From Phoronis australis (lineage: Eukaryota; Animalia; Phoronida), in assembly GCA_002633005.1 (NCBI GenBank), contig NMRA01001121.1, positions 1 through 41,597 on the forward strand: DNA of 41,597 nucleotides, read 5' to 3'. A model generated the notes under the pieces. The model was not told the DNA's origin. It saw only the letters and a list, made by a program, of their open reading frames with translations, and ran no database searches. The position numbers and the translations under genes are program-made. Below, piece after piece: positions 37,501-41,597 of this stretch (position 1 is the stretch's first letter; each line of letters opens with the position of its first letter).

Positions 37501-40500
37501 TATTACTCTGCGCATGCAAGCGCAGAGTACTGTTGTTCCTGGGTTTTCTTCAATTTTATTCTTCTTATTACTCTGCTCGTGTAAGCGCAAAGTAATGTTG
37601 TCCCTGGGTTTTCTTCAATTTTATTCTTATTCTTTGAGGCTTAATAACACCAAAATGGGTGCAGTTATGTTCTTTAAATTATGTATGTGATTTTTGGCAG
37701 TACATAAAATTTGATTCGTTATATAATCATATTCCATATTGCACCTGAAGAGGTCATTTAGTGCAAAGGTCATGTAATTTTTAAAATGCTTCTCCTTTTT
37801 CATTTTTAAAGCTATTTTTTCAAATTCGGTGCACAGGTATAAGTCAATAAAGCGATTTAAAAAATTACATTTCTAAGTAATCGGGTCATCCAATCAGGTG
37901 AAATAGGTCAAAGGTCATTAGGTGCAAACTAAAATTTTGAGCTAGACACTTCAAATTGACAAGTGTGATTGGCACAGGTAATTCAATTTGGAATCCAAAG
38001 TTTCAGGTCATTTAGTGCAAACATGGGGTCATTAGGTGCATTTTTCTTCTGAAAATTTGACCTTTTCAATCAGCAAGTATTCTGATGTGTCAACCGGTAG
38101 ACAACTGTGATTCTCAGCGTAAAACACATTCTCCATGGGCTTTGCAATAATTCTCCTAAAGATGCTTAAAATGCACCGGATAAGGTCAATTAGTTCAAAG
38201 GTCATGTAACGTTCAAAATGTTATATCTCTTACGTTTTTCAAGGAATTCTTTTCAATTTCAGTACACTGTTGTAAGTCAACATGGCAATTGAATACCCTA
38301 CTTTACTTCGCAATAGGCCTAACTAATCAGAAAAAATAGGTCAAATGTCATTGAGTGCAAACTATAATTTTGAGTTAGAGACTTCAGAATTACGTATCTG
38401 TTTACTAAGTGCGATTGAGCATGAATTCTAAATTTTCAGGTCATTTGGTGCACCCATGGGGTCATTAGGTGCATTTTTCTTCTGAAAGTTTGACCACTTC
38501 ATTCATCTTGTGTTCTGAAGCGCTTAAAGTAAAACATCTGTGATTATTAGCATTAACCACACTTTTAATCGAGTTAACAATTACTCCCTCACCGGGGCTC
38601 CTAATGCACCAGAAGCGGTCAATTAGTGGAAAGGTCATCAAAAAATTAATATGTAATTTCTCCTACAATTTTAAAGAATTCCTTTTCATATTGGTAAACG
38701 GGTTGTAGTCAGTAACTTCCCATAATAATTCTAGTAATACGCACGCGCAGAGTCCGTTATTGCCACGCCGTGACAATAATCTTTCTAGTTACTCTGCGCG
38801 TGTAAGCGCAGAGTACTGTTGTTCCTGGGTTTTCTTCAATTTTATTCTTATTACTCTGCGCGTGTAAGCGCAGAGTACTGTTGTTACTGGGTTTTCTTCA
38901 ATTTTATTCTTCTTATTACTCTGCACGTGTAAGCGCAGAGTACTGTTGTTCCTGGTTTTTCTTCAATTTTATTCTTATTCTTATTCTTATTCTTCTTATT
39001 CTTATTCTTATTCTTCTTATTCTTCTTCCGACCAACTTTGAGGCTTAATAACTCCAAATTGGGTGCAGGTACGGTCTTTAAATTCAGCATATGACTTTTG
39101 ACTGTATATAAATTTTGATTGGTTATATAATCATATTCCATATTGCACCGGAAGGGGTCATTTGGTGCAAAGGTCATATAATTTTCAAAATGCTACTCCT
39201 TCAGTTTTAAAGCTATCTTTTTCAAATTCGGTGCACAGCTAAAGGTCAACATGACAATTTGAAAAGTTAGTTTTCTAAGTAATCGGGTCATCCAATCAGG
39301 TGAAACAGGTCAAAGGTCATGAGGTGAAAACTAAAATTTTGAGCTAGACACTTCAAATTGACAGGTCTGATTGCCACAGGTAAATCAAATCGGAATCCAA
39401 AGTTTCAGGTCATGTAGTGCAAACATGGGGTCATTAGGTGCATTTTTCTTCTGAAAATTTGACCTTTTCAATCAGCAAGTATTCTGATGTGTCAACCGTT
39501 AGACAACTGTGATTCTCAACGTTAAACATATTTTCCATGGGCTTTGCAATAATTCTCCTAAAGGTGCTTAAAATGCACCGGATAATGTCAATTAGTGCAA
39601 AGGTCATGTAACGTTCAAAATGTTATATGTCTTACGTTTTCCAAGGAATTCTTTTCAATTTCAGCCCACGGGTGTCTGTCAACATGCCAATTGAATACCC
39701 TACTTTACTTTGCAATAGGCCTAACCAAACAGAAAAAATAGGTGAAAGGTCATTGAGTGCAAACTAAAATTTTGAGTTAGAGACTTCAAAATTACATATC
39801 TGTTTACTAAGTACGATTGAGTTTGAATTCTAAAATTTGAGGTCATTTGGTGCACCCATGGAGTCATTAGGTGCATTTTTCTTCTGAAAGTTTGACCACT
39901 TCATTCATCTTGTATTCTGAAGTGCTTAAAGTAAAACATCTGTGATTCTTAGCATTAACCACACTTTAAATTGGTTTTACAATTATTCCTCATCGGCGTT
40001 TATAATGCACGGAAGAGGTCAGTTAGTGGAAAGGTCATCAAAATATTAGCATGTAATTTCTCCTACAATTTTAAAGAATTCCTTTTCGTATTGTTAAACG
40101 GGTTGCTGTCAGTAACTTCCCATAACAATTCCTTCCTTTAATACGCACGCGCAGAGTCCATTATTGTCACGCCGTGACAATAATCTTTCTAGTTCTTATT
40201 CTTATTCTTCTTATTCTTATTCTTCTTCCGACCAACTTTGAGGCTTAATAACTCCAAATTGGGTGCAGGTACGGTCTTTAAATTCAGCATATGACTTTTG
40301 ACAGTAAATAAATTTTGATTGGTTTGATAATCATATTCCACATTGCACCGGAAAAGGTCGTTTGGTGCAAAGGTCATATAATTTTCAAAATGCTACTCCT
40401 CCTTCAGTTTTAAAGCTATCTTTTTCAAATTCGGTGCACAGGTATAAGTCAACATGACAATTTAAAAAATTACTTTTCTAAGTAATCGGGTTATCCAATC

Positions 40501-41597
40501 AGGTGAAACAGGTCAAAGGTCATTAGGTGCAAACTAAAATTTTGAGCTAGGCACTTGAAATTGACAGGTCTGATTGCCACATGTGAATCAAATCGAAATC
40601 CAAAGTTTCAGGTCATTTAGTGCAAACATGGGGTCATTAGGTGCATTTTTCTTCCGAAAATTTGACCTTTTCAATCAGCAAGTATTCTGATGTGTCAACC
40701 GTTAGACAACTGTGATTTTCAGCGTTAAACACATTTTCCATGGGCTTTGCAATAAATCTCCCAAAGATGCTTAAAATGCACCGGATAAGGTCAATTAGTG
40801 CAAAGGTCATGTAACGTTCAAAATGTTATATCTCTTTCGTTTTTCAAGGAATTCTTTTCAATTTCAGCACACAGGTATAAGTCAACATGACAATTTAAAA
40901 AGTTACTTTTCTAAGCAATTGGGTCATCCAATCAGGTTAAACAGGTCAAAGGTCATTAGGTGCAAACTAAAATTTTGAGCTAGGCACTTCAAATTCACAG
41001 TTCTGATTGGCACAGATAATTCAATTTGGAATCCAAAGTTTCAGGTCATTTAGTGCAAACATGGGGTTATTAGGTGCATTTTTCTTCTGAAAATTTGACC
41101 TTTTCATTCTCCAAGTACACTGATGTGTCAACCGTTAGACAACTGTGATTCTCAGCATTGAACACATTGTTCATGGGCTTTGCAATAATTCTCCTAAAGA
41201 CGCTTATAATGCACCAGGTAGGGTCAATTAGTGCAAAGGTCAGTTAACGTTCAAAATGTTATATCTCTTTCGTTTTTCAAGGAATTCTTTTCAATTTCAG
41301 CACAGTAGTGTATGTCACCATGCCAATTGAACAACCTACTTAACTACGCAATAGGCCTAACCAATCAGAAAAAATAGGTCAAAGGTCATTGAGTGCAAAA
41401 TTAAAATTTTGAGCTAGAGACTTCAAAATTACATATCTGTTTATTAAACGCGATTGAGTTTGAATTCTAAATTTTTGGGTCATTTGGTGCATCCATGGGG
41501 TCATTAGGTGCATTTTTCTTCTGAAAGTTTGACCAATTCATTCATGTTGTATTCTTAAGTGCTTAGAGAAAAACATCTGTGATTCTTAGCATTAACT
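37501..41597 (+). mobile_element. Head-to-tail array of non-autonomous Helitron/Helentron (HINE)-like units, at least 3 copies
   Basis: Units about 37501-38788, 38789-40192, 40193 to end. 5-prime palindrome ACTCTGCGC..GCGCAGAGT, TTC/TTA microsatellite, about 433-bp AGGTCA-rich internal repeats, 3-prime GCGCAGAGT, hairpin TTATTG(C/T)CACG-C-CGTGACAATAA and CTAG end. Confidence 0.78.

Noticed and set aside
38884-40377. Two near-identical ORFs MTFAPND...KKNKNK
   Set aside because: Antisense reading of the repeated Helitron-like unit and its TTC/TTA microsatellite.

Overview
Intron-rich, AT-rich animal genomic DNA, probably a marine invertebrate (inferred from the TE complement). The + strand start holds the last three coding exons of an ANKLE1/LEM-3 GIY-YIG nuclease gene (217-3538). 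Converging on it is a minus-strand gene (about 24325 to 6720) whose exons join with compatible GT-AG phases into an LRR - Roc GTPase - COR - basic NLS-like linker - trypsin-fold serine protease (FAM111/Trypsin_2-like) protein of roughly 1650 aa. Its LRR array is built from 135-bp units with a conserved framework and hypervariable beta-strand positions, like an immune receptor. In this copy a 26-nt deletion at 18810/18811 frameshifts the gene. A 6.4-kb hAT transposon sits in the last intron, separating the catalytic Ser exon from the His and Asp exons. The spliced hAT transposase carries an N-terminal OTU/vertnin-like cysteine-protease domain. The rest is largely repeats: two Kolobok derivatives (one a foldback with 312-bp inverted arms), small MITEs, minisatellites, a CTG run and a head-to-tail array of non-autonomous Helitron/Helentron-like units (37.5 kb to the end). 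Exon models are read by eye and family assignments come from motif recognition, not database searches.
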